A stretch of DNA of 64,000 nt. Origin: Thaumarchaeota archaeon UBA141 (GTDB lineage: Archaea; Thermoproteota; Nitrososphaeria; Nitrososphaerales; UBA141). Position numbers and translations under genes: made by a program. The stretch covers positions 51,553 to 115,552 of the forward strand of contig DAEN01000040.1 in the NCBI GenBank assembly GCA_002495315.1, read 5' to 3'. Each line of letters starts with the position of its first letter. The stretch's first letter is position 1. Shown one piece after another: positions 38,592 to 48,278 of this stretch. The notes below the pieces were generated by a model that saw nothing but the letters and a program-made list of their open reading frames with translations, searched no databases and was not told where the DNA came from.

Positions 38592-39689
38592 TTATGTTAT
38601 GATCTCTCCTAACCGTGACTGTTGGGCTGCCCTTTTGATTTCCATAGATATTCGTCTTCCCGTTCCTATCGTTTTTCCATGATAGTACCTTGAATATGGA
38701 CTCGTAGTCGTTAGAATCGGGCTCCCCGGTACTCTTGGTGAGACATCATACACATAGATCTCAAGGTCAAGAGTTATGACGCTTTGAAGGGCGAATGGTC
38801 CAATTGGTCCTGGAGGATATTCGCGCTTTACTGCAGCAACGAAACGCTCTCCAATCTCAAAGACCTTCTCTAGTAATGACTCTCTGATGGTTGCAGGCGT
38901 ATGTCCAACTTCCACATTTTGGAGCTCAATATCCATCTCCAACTGGTTCTTGGCAGGCAGTGAAGTAAAATCATTAACATTTGTCTGAAGTCTCCTGTCG
39001 ATTCCAAGAAACTCTAGGTTATCCTCAAGAGGCGAATAGAAGTAGTTGAAATTGAAGTACGTACCAACAAGAAACTCTTCAATAGTAGCTCTATCAAGGT
39101 CATCTTTGCGAATAATTCCTGCATTAATGCGCTGAGTGGACCGCTTCGTATATTCAGAGAACGAGGTCGCAACAAAAAATGCTCGTTCAATACCTCTCTT
39201 TGCCTCCGGAACTTTCACCATCACAGGTCGGTCGATCTCTTCTGCTCGACTAAAGATCTTCGGGAGTTTGATCCCTGCTTGTTCTAGAAGGAAGTACTGG
39301 TTTCGTGGTGCGTCGCGTTCCTCGCTGCGAAGGAGGGCACGGTTCCCAAAGAGTGGAACCAGGAATTCTTCTTCGATAGCGTCGAAGCTGAGATAGGTGG
39401 TGAAGGAGCGGTGAGGAATAAAGATGACATTGGATTGTATAAGGCGATTTTGGATTTCCTCACTCATGACATCTGCAAACTTGGGGAGGATGACTATCTC
39501 GTCGGCTAGTCGTTTGAACTTTAGGTAGGCCTTTTCACGACCTTGTTGACAAAATAGAATGGTCTTCAGACCCTCATCTTTTGCGCCATCCATGATGTCC
39601 AGAGCTGAATGACTCCCAATAACTCCTACACTAATATCCTCTGGGTCATATCTAGAAACTATTTGCTGAATAGACTTCAGATTTATCAT
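38592..39689 (-). CDS. purP: PurP-family FAICAR synthetase paralog 1 (ATP-grasp)
   Basis: GSHSALD..DGAKDEG, PHRSF, ERAFF, DRR.QTN, T.RESLLE, SPRVPGSP, GRRIS.E. Confidence 0.92.
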   Translation of the reverse strand: MINLKSIQQIVSRYDPEDISVGVIGSHSALDIMDGAKDEGLKTILFCQQGREKAYLKFKRLADEIVILPKFADVMSEEIQNRLIQSNVIFIPHRSFTTYLSFDAIEEEFLVPLFGNRALLRSEERDAPRNQYFLLEQAGIKLPKIFSRAEEIDRPVMVKVPEAKRGIERAFFVATSFSEYTKRSTQRINAGIIRKDDLDRATIEEFLVGTYFNFNYFYSPLEDNLEFLGIDRRLQTNVNDFTSLPAKNQLEMDIELQNVEVGHTPATIRESLLEKVFEIGERFVAAVKREYPPGPIGPFALQSVITLDLEIYVYDVSPRVPGSPILTTTSPYSRYYHGKTIGTGRRISMEIKRAAQQSRLGEIIT

Positions 39690-39987
39690 TAAGATATTAC
39701 CAGTATCTGACTGTCTCTTATCGGGAAAGGAGCTCTATATCACCGTTGTCTAGAAATGATCCTTTGGCATTGAATCCTTCTTTTTTTACATTGGAAGATT
39801 TAGTCTAAAAAAGACATTTGACAGGGAAACAGACCAGAACTGCCCTTGAGTTGGGAAATTCCCGTACAGAATCCTTACTGACGCCACAGCTTGCATTAGT
39901 GAAAAGTTAGGCCAACAAAGCTAACTAGGTGTCTCTGTTCTCCTCTCTTTATGGTGATTATTCTTTTCATCCGTCCTCCAGGTTCTC

Positions 39988-40359
39988 CTATTGATTTTTT
40001 CTAGAGGAGTTTACCTCCGCAGTATGCGCTTGAGGTTCTTCCTCTTGTATCTGGTCTAGATGATTCATGTAACAAGGAGGTCCATCGACCATCCACTTGT
40101 AACGCGGTGAAATACACGATTTCCCTTCCCGGCTGATGTGGAGACATCGAACCAGAGTTCCGAGTTCCACGTCAACCACTTCGCGATTACCACATATCGG
40201 GCAAACATCACCCTGAAGGGGATTTATGTAGAGGTGGCGTCCTTTCTTTTTTCCACACCGAACCCATCGGCCTAGCTCATGATCCCTCTCACAGCGGGGT
40301 TGTGGCTGTCTTAGGAAGCTGAAGAGCACTTGTTCATGGCATTGGCTACATTCAACCAT
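39988..40359 (-). CDS. Hypothetical Cys/His-rich multi-zinc-ribbon protein
   Basis: CSQC..C...H, C......H..CPIC, C..C..C...H; TTTAAG-type promoter on either strand near 40395-40402. Confidence 0.7.
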   Translation of the reverse strand: MVECSQCHEQVLFSFLRQPQPRCERDHELGRWVRCGKKKGRHLYINPLQGDVCPICGNREVVDVELGTLVRCLHISREGKSCISPRYKWMVDGPPCYMNHLDQIQEEEPQAHTAEVNSSRKNQ

Positions 40360-40522
40360 TTTGGATCAATGTGACGTATTCAAACTAAATGATGCTTTAA
40401 GAGCGTTGATTGTATCTTGACTATGCGGAAGGGAAAATCTTCTTATCCTCTATGACTTTTCTCTAGCAAGTTCGAGAGCCCTCCAGTTCATTAATATGTT
40501 TGGCCACTGATGGAAGCATACC

Positions 40523-42196
40523 ATGACGCGATCGACCGGTGCAACAGCCTTTGTCGACGGATTGAAATCTTTCGGAATGACCAATATCTTCGGAGCTGGT
40601 GGTTCGTCATACGGACCCATTCAAGATGTGATCATAGATCGTCCTGAGATGAATTATTACCTTGCACTGCACGAAATGGTCAATACAGCTATGGCTGATG
40701 GTTTTGCTAGAGTCACGGGCCGTCCCTCTATTGCCATGGTCCATGTTGCCGTCGGTACAGTTAACGCCCTTGGAAGTATCTTCTGTGCTTACCGGGATCA
40801 TACGCCTATGGTTGTACTAGCTGGAGATCAGAGCACATCGCTTTTAGGCCGCAAGTCATACAACGAGGCTCCGCAACAACTGGCAAGTATTGTTCGTCCC
40901 TTTGTAAAGTCGAGCTGGCAGGTACTGAGAGCAGATCGCATCCTTGAAGATCTCGGCAGGGCGATCGCAACCGCATCTTCTGCGCCCCAGGGCCCGGTAT
41001 TCCTCTCGCTTCCAAAGGATCTCATGTTGGAAGAGTTTGAAGTGGTGGTTCCAGGGACAACGCACTTGCGGATTTTCAGCGACAACAAACCCAATGATGA
41101 CGCTATTGCGGTAGCCGCTGGACTCGTAGATTCTTCTGAACATCCAGTTATCGTAATCGGCTCAGGTGTTGCCAAGAGCTGTGCATCGAAGGAAATAATT
41201 GAGCTCGCTGATCGCCTTGCAGCTCCTATCTTCCTAGAGAAGAATAGCTACGTTATTGACCTTCCCACGGACCATCCACTCTACCTGGGCGACTTCTCTC
41301 CGGACCATTTAGAAGTGAAGAACACAGATTTGTTAATCAACGTAGGGGGTAGAACTGAGATACAGATGGAGCCCTCCCTTTACTCTATAATCCCTCCAAG
41401 CGCGCCGGTGATCCACATTAACCTCGATCCTGGGGATATCGGCCTCGTTCATAGAGCAGATGCAGGGATAGTGGCAGATCCAAAACAGGCCGTCCAGGAG
41501 CTCCTCAAGAAGCTGCATCCTTCCTCGATCGCGAAAGTTGAAGCCCGGCGGACACGCATAATTACCAATCAAAAGGCCTTCGTTCAGATAATTGACCATC
41601 GAATCCAGGCCAACTGGGACTCTTCACCAGTAAAATTGGGTCGGTTCCTAAAAGAACTGGCTAGAATGATCGATCCAAAGCAGACGGTCCTGGTCGGTCA
41701 CGGTTCCGGCATTATCCTAGTGAGGCATCTACTACGGCCGTGGACGATCTTCGGGCAGACCGGACCAGGGTATCTAGGTTGGGTTCTCTCAGCCTCGCTT
41801 GGTATAAAATTAGGCCTACCCGATCGCCGGGTCATTTGTATCCTTGGTGACGGGAACTTTATGTTTGGATCACAGGCTCTCTGGACTGCTGCCAAGTACG
41901 GAATTGCGGTTACCATTGTAATCTTAGACAATCGTTTCTATCTATCGGAACTATCCCAGAAGAACCTCGAGTCTAATAGCTTGCTTGGTGTAGATATCGG
42001 TGAACCGCCTATGGACTTCGTTAAGATGGCTGATAGCATGAACGTAGCAGCTAGACGAATCGAACGACCTTCAGACGTTCAACCTGCTCTGAAGGAAGCC
42101 TTTACCACATCTGGTCCTTTTGTTATTGACCTTATGCTAGACAGAGAGAACCCAAACACAATTGTTCGTGAGGCCCTTAAATCACACAAGACATAG
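40523..42196 (+). CDS. ThDP-dependent enzyme (benzoylformate decarboxylase/acetolactate synthase large subunit family)
   Basis: LHE..AMADGFAR, H...G..N, PQGPVFLSLP.D, GDGNFMF..QALWTAA..LDN. Confidence 0.9.
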   Translation: MTRSTGATAFVDGLKSFGMTNIFGAGGSSYGPIQDVIIDRPEMNYYLALHEMVNTAMADGFARVTGRPSIAMVHVAVGTVNALGSIFCAYRDHTPMVVLAGDQSTSLLGRKSYNEAPQQLASIVRPFVKSSWQVLRADRILEDLGRAIATASSAPQGPVFLSLPKDLMLEEFEVVVPGTTHLRIFSDNKPNDDAIAVAAGLVDSSEHPVIVIGSGVAKSCASKEIIELADRLAAPIFLEKNSYVIDLPTDHPLYLGDFSPDHLEVKNTDLLINVGGRTEIQMEPSLYSIIPPSAPVIHINLDPGDIGLVHRADAGIVADPKQAVQELLKKLHPSSIAKVEARRTRIITNQKAFVQIIDHRIQANWDSSPVKLGRFLKELARMIDPKQTVLVGHGSGIILVRHLLRPWTIFGQTGPGYLGWVLSASLGIKLGLPDRRVICILGDGNFMFGSQALWTAAKYGIAVTIVILDNRFYLSELSQKNLESNSLLGVDIGEPPMDFVKMADSMNVAARRIERPSDVQPALKEAFTTSGPFVIDLMLDRENPNTIVREALKSHKT

Positions 42197-42258
42197 AAAT
42201 CCGCGAAATATTTGTCTGTGGGGATGCAACGCAGGATTGAAAATTTATTGAGTTGGAA

Positions 42259-42456
42259 CTAAATCATATTGCTACGTCTGTCCTTCTCTTGGATATTGTA
42301 TAACGACCTGAGGGCATGTTTGTGTTTTAGCGATGAAGAGTAAACTTTCAGTTTGGATATGGCGGAAGTTTTCCCACAGTATGCGCATCTAACCGAAGAA
42401 TTCGAAGTCGACAGCTGAAAACGTCCACATCTGGGACAGCTAATTACCTTATACAT
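42259..42456 (-). CDS. Small zinc-ribbon protein (DUF1922-like)
   Basis: MY.VISCPRCG..RCAYCGK; ATG 42456 preferred. Confidence 0.7.
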   Translation of the reverse strand: MYKVISCPRCGRFQLSTSNSSVRCAYCGKTSAISKLKVYSSSLKHKHALRSLYNIQEKDRRSNMI

Positions 42457-42566
42457 GCGGAAGTTATTCTGACTTCTCAAGCACTTGCACTAGGTTAACA
42501 AGATATTGCTGAGATTTGGCATGTCTTCCAAATTGCGCAAAAACATCTCTATCTTTACCACTAAAG

Positions 42567-42896
42567 CTAAATCTCCAAGACTTCGTCGCCTTTCACTCCA
42601 GTTCCCGGAGTTCCTGTAGACGGATTCACTCTTTCTACCCCATCCAGCAAGAGGTCAAGCTTGTCAAATTGGAAGAGTTTTTTGTATTGCTCGAGCTCGT
42701 TTTTAGACCTCAGGATTAGTCCTCTCCTTTTAGAAGGCGAGCCTGAACTATCAACCGGGTTTAACTCTACCGCGATCCTATCTGGACTGCTCTTGTAGGC
42801 AGGCATTTTCAGAAGGAAGACCCCAGGGATAGAGGTCTTCAGACGCCCCCAATCTTGACCTGTCTTAAGAAATGAATCTAGTCTATCTTCAGACAT
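42567..42896 (-). CDS. Conserved hypothetical archaeal protein
   Basis: L.SFL..G.DW.R..TSIPGVFLLK.P, ELNPVD..G.P.KRRG, C-terminal DEVLEI; SD GGTGG upstream. Confidence 0.75.
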   Translation of the reverse strand: MSEDRLDSFLKTGQDWGRLKTSIPGVFLLKMPAYKSSPDRIAVELNPVDSSGSPSKRRGLILRSKNELEQYKKLFQFDKLDLLLDGVERVNPSTGTPGTGVKGDEVLEI

Positions 42897-43136
42897 TCAA
42901 TAGCCACCTGTGTTCAAATTAGATTCTTTTCACATTATAAATTTGATTGTGGTTATACGCTGACGATCCAGTATGAGTGATTGACTTTTTATGGCGTCGG
43001 GGTTTGAACAGCCGCCAAGAGAAAACAAAGAATGAAGATATGTCCAATTTCGACAGACATGATGGAGGAGAACGCGAAAAAAATCAAGGTGTGAGGGCAC
43101 CGATAAATACGAAGGTTCACAAGTAATCTCGATTGA

Positions 43137-44711
43137 TTGCTCCTAGTCAGTAGTTTTAAGCCAAGAGAATACCAGACAAGCATCGCTTCATCAGCTAGTC
43201 AAGCGAATACACTAGTTGTTCTCCCAACAGGTTTGGGTAAAACCGCTATTGCTGCACTCGTGACTAACTTAAGACTTCAGAGCTATACGGATGGGAAGAT
43301 CCTAGTTCTTGCACCCACGCGACCCCTTACGCTACAACATTACGGTTCCTTCAAAAGTCTCCTAGTTTTTTCTCCAGCTCTCTTTGCTGTCCTTACTGGA
43401 GAAATGAACCCTGAGGAGCGGGTGAAAATATGGACTAGTGCAAAACTGATATTTGCAACGCCACAGACCGTAATGAATGACCTCAGGGCTGATAGGGTTT
43501 CCCTACAAGATTTCGTTCTCGTTGTGTTCGACGAAGCTCATAGATGTGTTAGGGATTACTCGTATACAGATATAGCGAGGTGGTACATAGATCAAGCACA
43601 TAATCCGTTAATACTTGGACTAACAGCTTCTCCGGGAAGCTCAAAAGCTCGAATTGACGAAATCGTCGGAAATCTCCGGATAAAGAGAGTAGAAGCAAGA
43701 AGTGATACAGATGAGGATGTACGGCCGTATATCGAAAAGACTGAGACAGAAGGGATCAAGGTCAAGCTACCAGAGCAATACGCTTTGATGCTTGAACCAG
43801 CTAGGGCAATTTACAGCGAAAAGATAGACAGACTTCAAAAATTGCATCTACTTCCTGAAAGTAAGATCTCCAAGAGAATGCTTCTTGAAGTACGCTCTTC
43901 AATACTTTCGAGACTTCGTAGACTGGATAAAAACAACGAAATGAGAGGTCCACTCTTTGGCTCGATCATAAATCAAGCTCAGGCAGTGATGGTTTTACAT
44001 GCCATAGAACTCATAGAAACGCAAGGGACTTCATCGCTTGAGAAGTATTTGAGAAAGCTCAAAGAGAAGTCAGATCAAGGAAAAGCACTTCGAGGCCTAC
44101 GCCTAGACAAACGATGGCAGCTCATGGAACAGGCCTCTCAAAACCTCGTCTCATTAGAACACCCAAAACTAGCTAAACTGTACTCCATCGTTAGTGAACA
44201 ACTAACGAAAAAACAGACTTCTCGAATCATAGTTTTTGCCCAATATCGAGATACTGTGGATGCAATAGTTTCTTACCTTTCAGCTCGAAATCTCAATGCT
44301 CAAAGATTCGTTGGTCAGGCTGACAGAATGGAAGATAAGGGGATGAATCAGCGAGCTCAGAGTAAATTACTGGAAGAATTCACGAGAAATACTTTCAATA
44401 TCCTTGTAAGTAGTAGTATAGGAGAAGAGGGCCTAAACATACCCGACGTGGACTTGGTGACCTTCTATGAAGCAGTTCCCTCTGAGATTAGATCTATCCA
44501 GCGACGAGGACGAACAGGACGGACAATGCCCGGCAAAGTAGTCATACTTCTTACTGAAGGAACTGTAGACGAGTCATACTACTACAGTAGCATCTACAAA
44601 GAAAAGATAATGAAACAAACAATAGCCAATAGGAAATCGTCATCAAGCCTGGGGACGAAGAACGAGAACAAACATAATGCCTCATCTACACTCCTTGACT
44701 ATCTGGATTAA
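43137..44711 (+). CDS. hef: Hef/FANCM-type DEAH helicase without the ERCC4 nuclease domain
   Basis: REYQ, LPTGLGKT, LAPTRPL, TPQT, FDEAHR, GLTASPG, FVGQA, EEGL.IP, IQRRGRTGR; ends at 524 aa. Confidence 0.9.
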   Translation: MLLVSSFKPREYQTSIASSASQANTLVVLPTGLGKTAIAALVTNLRLQSYTDGKILVLAPTRPLTLQHYGSFKSLLVFSPALFAVLTGEMNPEERVKIWTSAKLIFATPQTVMNDLRADRVSLQDFVLVVFDEAHRCVRDYSYTDIARWYIDQAHNPLILGLTASPGSSKARIDEIVGNLRIKRVEARSDTDEDVRPYIEKTETEGIKVKLPEQYALMLEPARAIYSEKIDRLQKLHLLPESKISKRMLLEVRSSILSRLRRLDKNNEMRGPLFGSIINQAQAVMVLHAIELIETQGTSSLEKYLRKLKEKSDQGKALRGLRLDKRWQLMEQASQNLVSLEHPKLAKLYSIVSEQLTKKQTSRIIVFAQYRDTVDAIVSYLSARNLNAQRFVGQADRMEDKGMNQRAQSKLLEEFTRNTFNILVSSSIGEEGLNIPDVDLVTFYEAVPSEIRSIQRRGRTGRTMPGKVVILLTEGTVDESYYYSSIYKEKIMKQTIANRKSSSSLGTKNENKHNASSTLLDYLD

Positions 44712-44826
44712 GACCTACTGGAGAATAACACTTAACTCAACATATCTAAGATAACTTCATTATCTCATCTGTACAATTTCTCGAATAAGAGTTTATTAGA
44801 TTGCGAGTTACTCATAAGAGAGATAT

Positions 44827-45174
44827 ATGCTCAAAGAACAACTGAAGGTTGTGACTATCACCGAAAAAGCCGCACAAAAAGTCAAAGAATTCATAATACG
44901 AGAGAATAAGATAGACTCTGGCCTTCGCGTCTACGTTGCAGGTGGAGGATGTTCTGGTCTTACCTATGGAATGGCATTAGAAGCAACTGCAAGTGATGAC
45001 GATATCATCGTAGAAGATTATGGAGTAAAACTATACATTGATCCATTTAGCTTAAAGTACCTTCAAGGTTCCACTGTCGATTACCTAGAAAGTCTAATGG
45101 GTTCCGGTTTCAAGATTGAAAACCCTAACGTGGTTTCTAGCTGTGCTTGTGGCCAATCCTTTCACACTGGCTAA
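44827..45174 (+). CDS. A-type Fe-S cluster carrier (HesB/IscA/ErpA)
   Basis: ITEKAA, GGGCSG..Y, NPN..SCACGQSF. Confidence 0.95.
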   Translation: MLKEQLKVVTITEKAAQKVKEFIIRENKIDSGLRVYVAGGGCSGLTYGMALEATASDDDIIVEDYGVKLYIDPFSLKYLQGSTVDYLESLMGSGFKIENPNVVSSCACGQSFHTG

Positions 45175-45262
45175 ATAAGAAATTTGTAACAGGCAAAACA
45201 AGAAGACGGTCTGCAAGTGTTAGATTTTTAGCTGATATCTAATTTGTTTTTACAGGTTACTA

Positions 45263-45565
45263 CTAGATGTACCCTATATGTTTGAAGAACTCAACAATCT
45301 GAGACACGATCGGATTCTCTAGCTCTATCTGATACTTTCGTGGTTCGAATGGATATTCTTTGACCCAACCTACTCTTATCAGCGTATTTAGATCAGCTTT
45401 GACTCCTGTGGCATTTAGTCTAGTTGATTGCTGCAGCTGATATCGCGTAAATGAGTCGTGAGGGTTTCGTGTCATGGCACGTAGAATTTTCAGGCGTCCC
45501 TTGCTCCCAAGCCCATTTTCGATAGAAATGGGTAGCTGCTCCTGTCCATGTTTATCATAGATCAT
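45263..45565 (-). CDS. Small winged-helix protein coupled to cdc6
   Basis: LGSKGRLKIL, TRY.L...T.L, L..L...GWV, Y; overlaps the cdc6 stop by 11 nt. Confidence 0.75.
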   Translation of the reverse strand: MIYDKHGQEQLPISIENGLGSKGRLKILRAMTRNPHDSFTRYQLQQSTRLNATGVKADLNTLIRVGWVKEYPFEPRKYQIELENPIVSQIVEFFKHIGYI

Positions 45566-46751
45566 CGATGACTTGTCTCACTTTCTTGAGAAGGTGATCG
45601 AGAAAATTACCCAGGCTCTCAGCAGAGACGCCATTGATTCCAATTTCTGTTAAGGACTTTATATCAACAATACCACGATCGTGTAGGTCTTGCAAACTCT
45701 CTTCCACATCATCTGAAGTCTTCACATGGTATTCTTCGCAGACAACTCCATAATTTCGACGTACTTCCTTCAATTTCACATAGGGTGTTTTCTTTGTCTT
45801 CAATGCTCGCACTACTGCAAACAAAGTGAGTTGACTTTGTTTAGGAAGATTGGATATATCATCTAAAGTCGCTCCGGGGAGAGTCTCTGACACGATTTTC
45901 CTAACATGCTCTGTCGTGATCTTCGACAAACCCTCATTTACGGCAAGTTCACCAGAGAAGAGCATTAGATCAAGAGCATATCGCATATCACCACCTGCCA
46001 TAGGCCCAACGGTAATGTCTGCTATGTAATCGACTATCTCAGTCGAAACCGCACCGGGTTGAAAGGCTTCATTAACACGATCTAGCAGTATTTGTCTTAT
46101 CTGTTGTGCCTCATATACTGGAAATTCGACCGGAATTCTACCCAGAGTACTCAGTTCTGCCTGATCAAGCTCACGATAAAACTCCCGAGAACGAGCTGTG
46201 AAGATCATGCCGAGAATCCCTGACGATTCACCTGGGCGGAGGAACTCATCTAGTCTAGTAAGGTCGTAAACGGTGTGGGGTTCCTTAGTATGCTTCAGAA
46301 AGTAGTCTATTTCGTCTAATATTAGGATAGCATATTCTTTCTTAGCTTGCAGTTGGTTGATGAGCTGAAGAAGTAGTTCCTCTGCTCCAAGACTGGCAGA
46401 ATAAGCCTCTGGTGCAGCTTGTTGAACGAGGTATCTGTAAAGTAATACTCTACTACTTCCATGTAGCTTGAGATTGACATAAACGATCTTCAATCCTGTG
46501 TTCTGCTTTTGTGATTCTACTTCCATGTATTCGCTAAATCTGATACAGCTGGAGGTCTTCCCCGCACCGACTGGCCCGATGACTTGAACGATCCTCATTG
46601 GACTCTTGGGTTTTGCAAGAACTTCTCTGAAGGCTTCTAGAAGGAATGTGATCTGTTTTTCCCTGTGCGGAAGAATTGGAGGTATGTAATGAGGGGATAG
46701 TCGTGTTTTATCCTTAAAGATTGGCGTCTGTGATTGTAGCAAGACGATCAT
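45555..46751 (-). CDS. cdc6: Orc1/Cdc6 replication initiator AAA+ ATPase
   Basis: Y.P..LPHRE.Q, GPVGAGKT Walker A, ILDEID Walker B, GDMRYAL, C-terminal wH. Confidence 0.92.
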   Translation of the reverse strand: MIVLLQSQTPIFKDKTRLSPHYIPPILPHREKQITFLLEAFREVLAKPKSPMRIVQVIGPVGAGKTSSCIRFSEYMEVESQKQNTGLKIVYVNLKLHGSSRVLLYRYLVQQAAPEAYSASLGAEELLLQLINQLQAKKEYAILILDEIDYFLKHTKEPHTVYDLTRLDEFLRPGESSGILGMIFTARSREFYRELDQAELSTLGRIPVEFPVYEAQQIRQILLDRVNEAFQPGAVSTEIVDYIADITVGPMAGGDMRYALDLMLFSGELAVNEGLSKITTEHVRKIVSETLPGATLDDISNLPKQSQLTLFAVVRALKTKKTPYVKLKEVRRNYGVVCEEYHVKTSDDVEESLQDLHDRGIVDIKSLTEIGINGVSAESLGNFLDHLLKKVRQVIDDL

Positions 46752-46813
46752 CTATAATGTTTCCGACATTTATCCATTAATAGAAGGATAGAGGGAGGGG
46801 GAGATCGCATCCT

Positions 46814-48139
46814 CTATGGATAGATTCGGGTGAGAGTTCTCGGGAAGAGGCTTGTCATACGTATGTGTTTTAGACCGCAGATCCAACGTGTTGTCCGTTC
46901 AAGTCCGATGCCAAAGCCAGAATGTGGTGGCATTCCATACTTCCTCAGATCCAAATACCACTTTAAAGATTCTGGATCTAAATTTTGTTTCAAGATTCGA
47001 TTTCGAAGAGCGTCGTAATCATGAATTCTTTGGCCTCCCGTAGCAATTTCTCCATAGCCTTCAGGGGCAATTAGGTCTGCGGATAGTGTTACCTGCCTAT
47101 TTGTGTCATCTTCGTCTTCGGCCATGTGATAAAAACTCCTGGCGCTGAGAGGATATTTAGTTATGAAGAAGGGTTTTTCAAAACTTAAGGAAACTAATCG
47201 TTCGGCCTCTGTTGGGACGTCTTCTCCCCATTCAAAACCTATCTTATGACTCTCAGCCATCTCGATAACCTCGTCATAGGAAATACGTGGGAAAGGCGTC
47301 TCAGGGGGAGAATATTTGCGGCCGAGTGTCAACAAGTCTGCTGATCTATTCTCTGCTACTTGTTGTGCTATGTATGCTACTAGGTCCTCCTGAAGAGTCA
47401 TGTTATCCTCTTGGGTGGCGAAGGCTTGTTCCGCCTCAATCATCCAAAATTCAGTAAGATGCTTCGGTGTCTTCGATTTCTCTGCGCGAAAGGCAGGTTG
47501 AAAGATGAAGACTTTCTCGAGGGCAGCTATTGCTGCCTCTTCATAGAATTGGGCACTCTGACTTAGGTGAGCTATCTTTCCAAAATAGTCTAGAGAAAAA
47601 AGGGTGGCTCCTCCTTCGACAGCAGCCTGGACTAGAGTGGGGGCGCTTATGAGCCAGAAGTCTTTCTTCCGGAAAAATTCAAAGGTCGAGTTGACTAAGG
47701 TAGACCGCACTCGCATCGTTGCTGAGGCCTTTCGTCCTCGAATCGAGAGGTGACGTAAATCATATAGAAATGAGGCCGACTTGATAGCGCTCTTTGTAAT
47801 AGGCCATTTTTCAGCGCCAGCGACAATTGTCAATTCCGTCACAGAAAGCTCCTTTCCACCAGGGGCTCGAGCGTCTTCACGCAAAAGTCCCTCTACCGCT
47901 ATAGCAGATTCCTGTGTGGCCATCTTCACGGCATCAAGAGCGGCCGGACTAGCAATTCCTTGTTTAACAGCTAGCTGGATTTGGGCTGTTCCATCCCGTA
48001 GTCTGAGAAAGACAACACTACCCATTGATGCTCTTGTGGTTACCCATCCTAAGAGACGAAGTCGATTCCCTGAATTCGATGCTAAAGCTTCTACAACGCT
48101 AGAAGTCCGCCAGCCAATCCATTTACTTCCGGTACTCAT
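46814..48139 (-). CDS. asnS: Asparagine--tRNA ligase (class IIb)
   Basis: OB fold GWV..R..G.V.FL.LRDG; LSQSAQFYEE, FRAEKSKT.KHLTEFWMIEAE, GYGEI, PPHSGFG.G.ER; start ATG 48139 preferred. Confidence 0.82.
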   Translation of the reverse strand: MSTGSKWIGWRTSSVVEALASNSGNRLRLLGWVTTRASMGSVVFLRLRDGTAQIQLAVKQGIASPAALDAVKMATQESAIAVEGLLREDARAPGGKELSVTELTIVAGAEKWPITKSAIKSASFLYDLRHLSIRGRKASATMRVRSTLVNSTFEFFRKKDFWLISAPTLVQAAVEGGATLFSLDYFGKIAHLSQSAQFYEEAAIAALEKVFIFQPAFRAEKSKTPKHLTEFWMIEAEQAFATQEDNMTLQEDLVAYIAQQVAENRSADLLTLGRKYSPPETPFPRISYDEVIEMAESHKIGFEWGEDVPTEAERLVSLSFEKPFFITKYPLSARSFYHMAEDEDDTNRQVTLSADLIAPEGYGEIATGGQRIHDYDALRNRILKQNLDPESLKWYLDLRKYGMPPHSGFGIGLERTTRWICGLKHIRMTSLFPRTLTRIYP

Positions 48140-48278
48140 AATCAGTTGTTGTAGAGTTGGTGTTAAAAAAACGAGTGGATGAAAATTCACTTCAGAATTC
48201 TTACACGTTCAGATAATGACTTCCGTTCTATTGATTATTTCCCTTGTGATCCTAATTCTTCGACGAGTTGGGTTCCTC

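Noticed and set aside
37551..39689. Tandem purP paralogs as a novelty
   Set aside because: Paired PurP-family genes are already known in many archaea
40336..40350. CSQCH as a c-type heme-binding motif
   Set aside because: No signal peptide, and the other Cys/His pairs fit zinc ribbons better
42897..43136. Short ORFs or a frameshifted N-terminus upstream of hef
   Set aside because: All plus-strand frames are short and motif-less, with no Hef-like N-terminal sequence in another frame; the 64-aa minus ORF has no motifs
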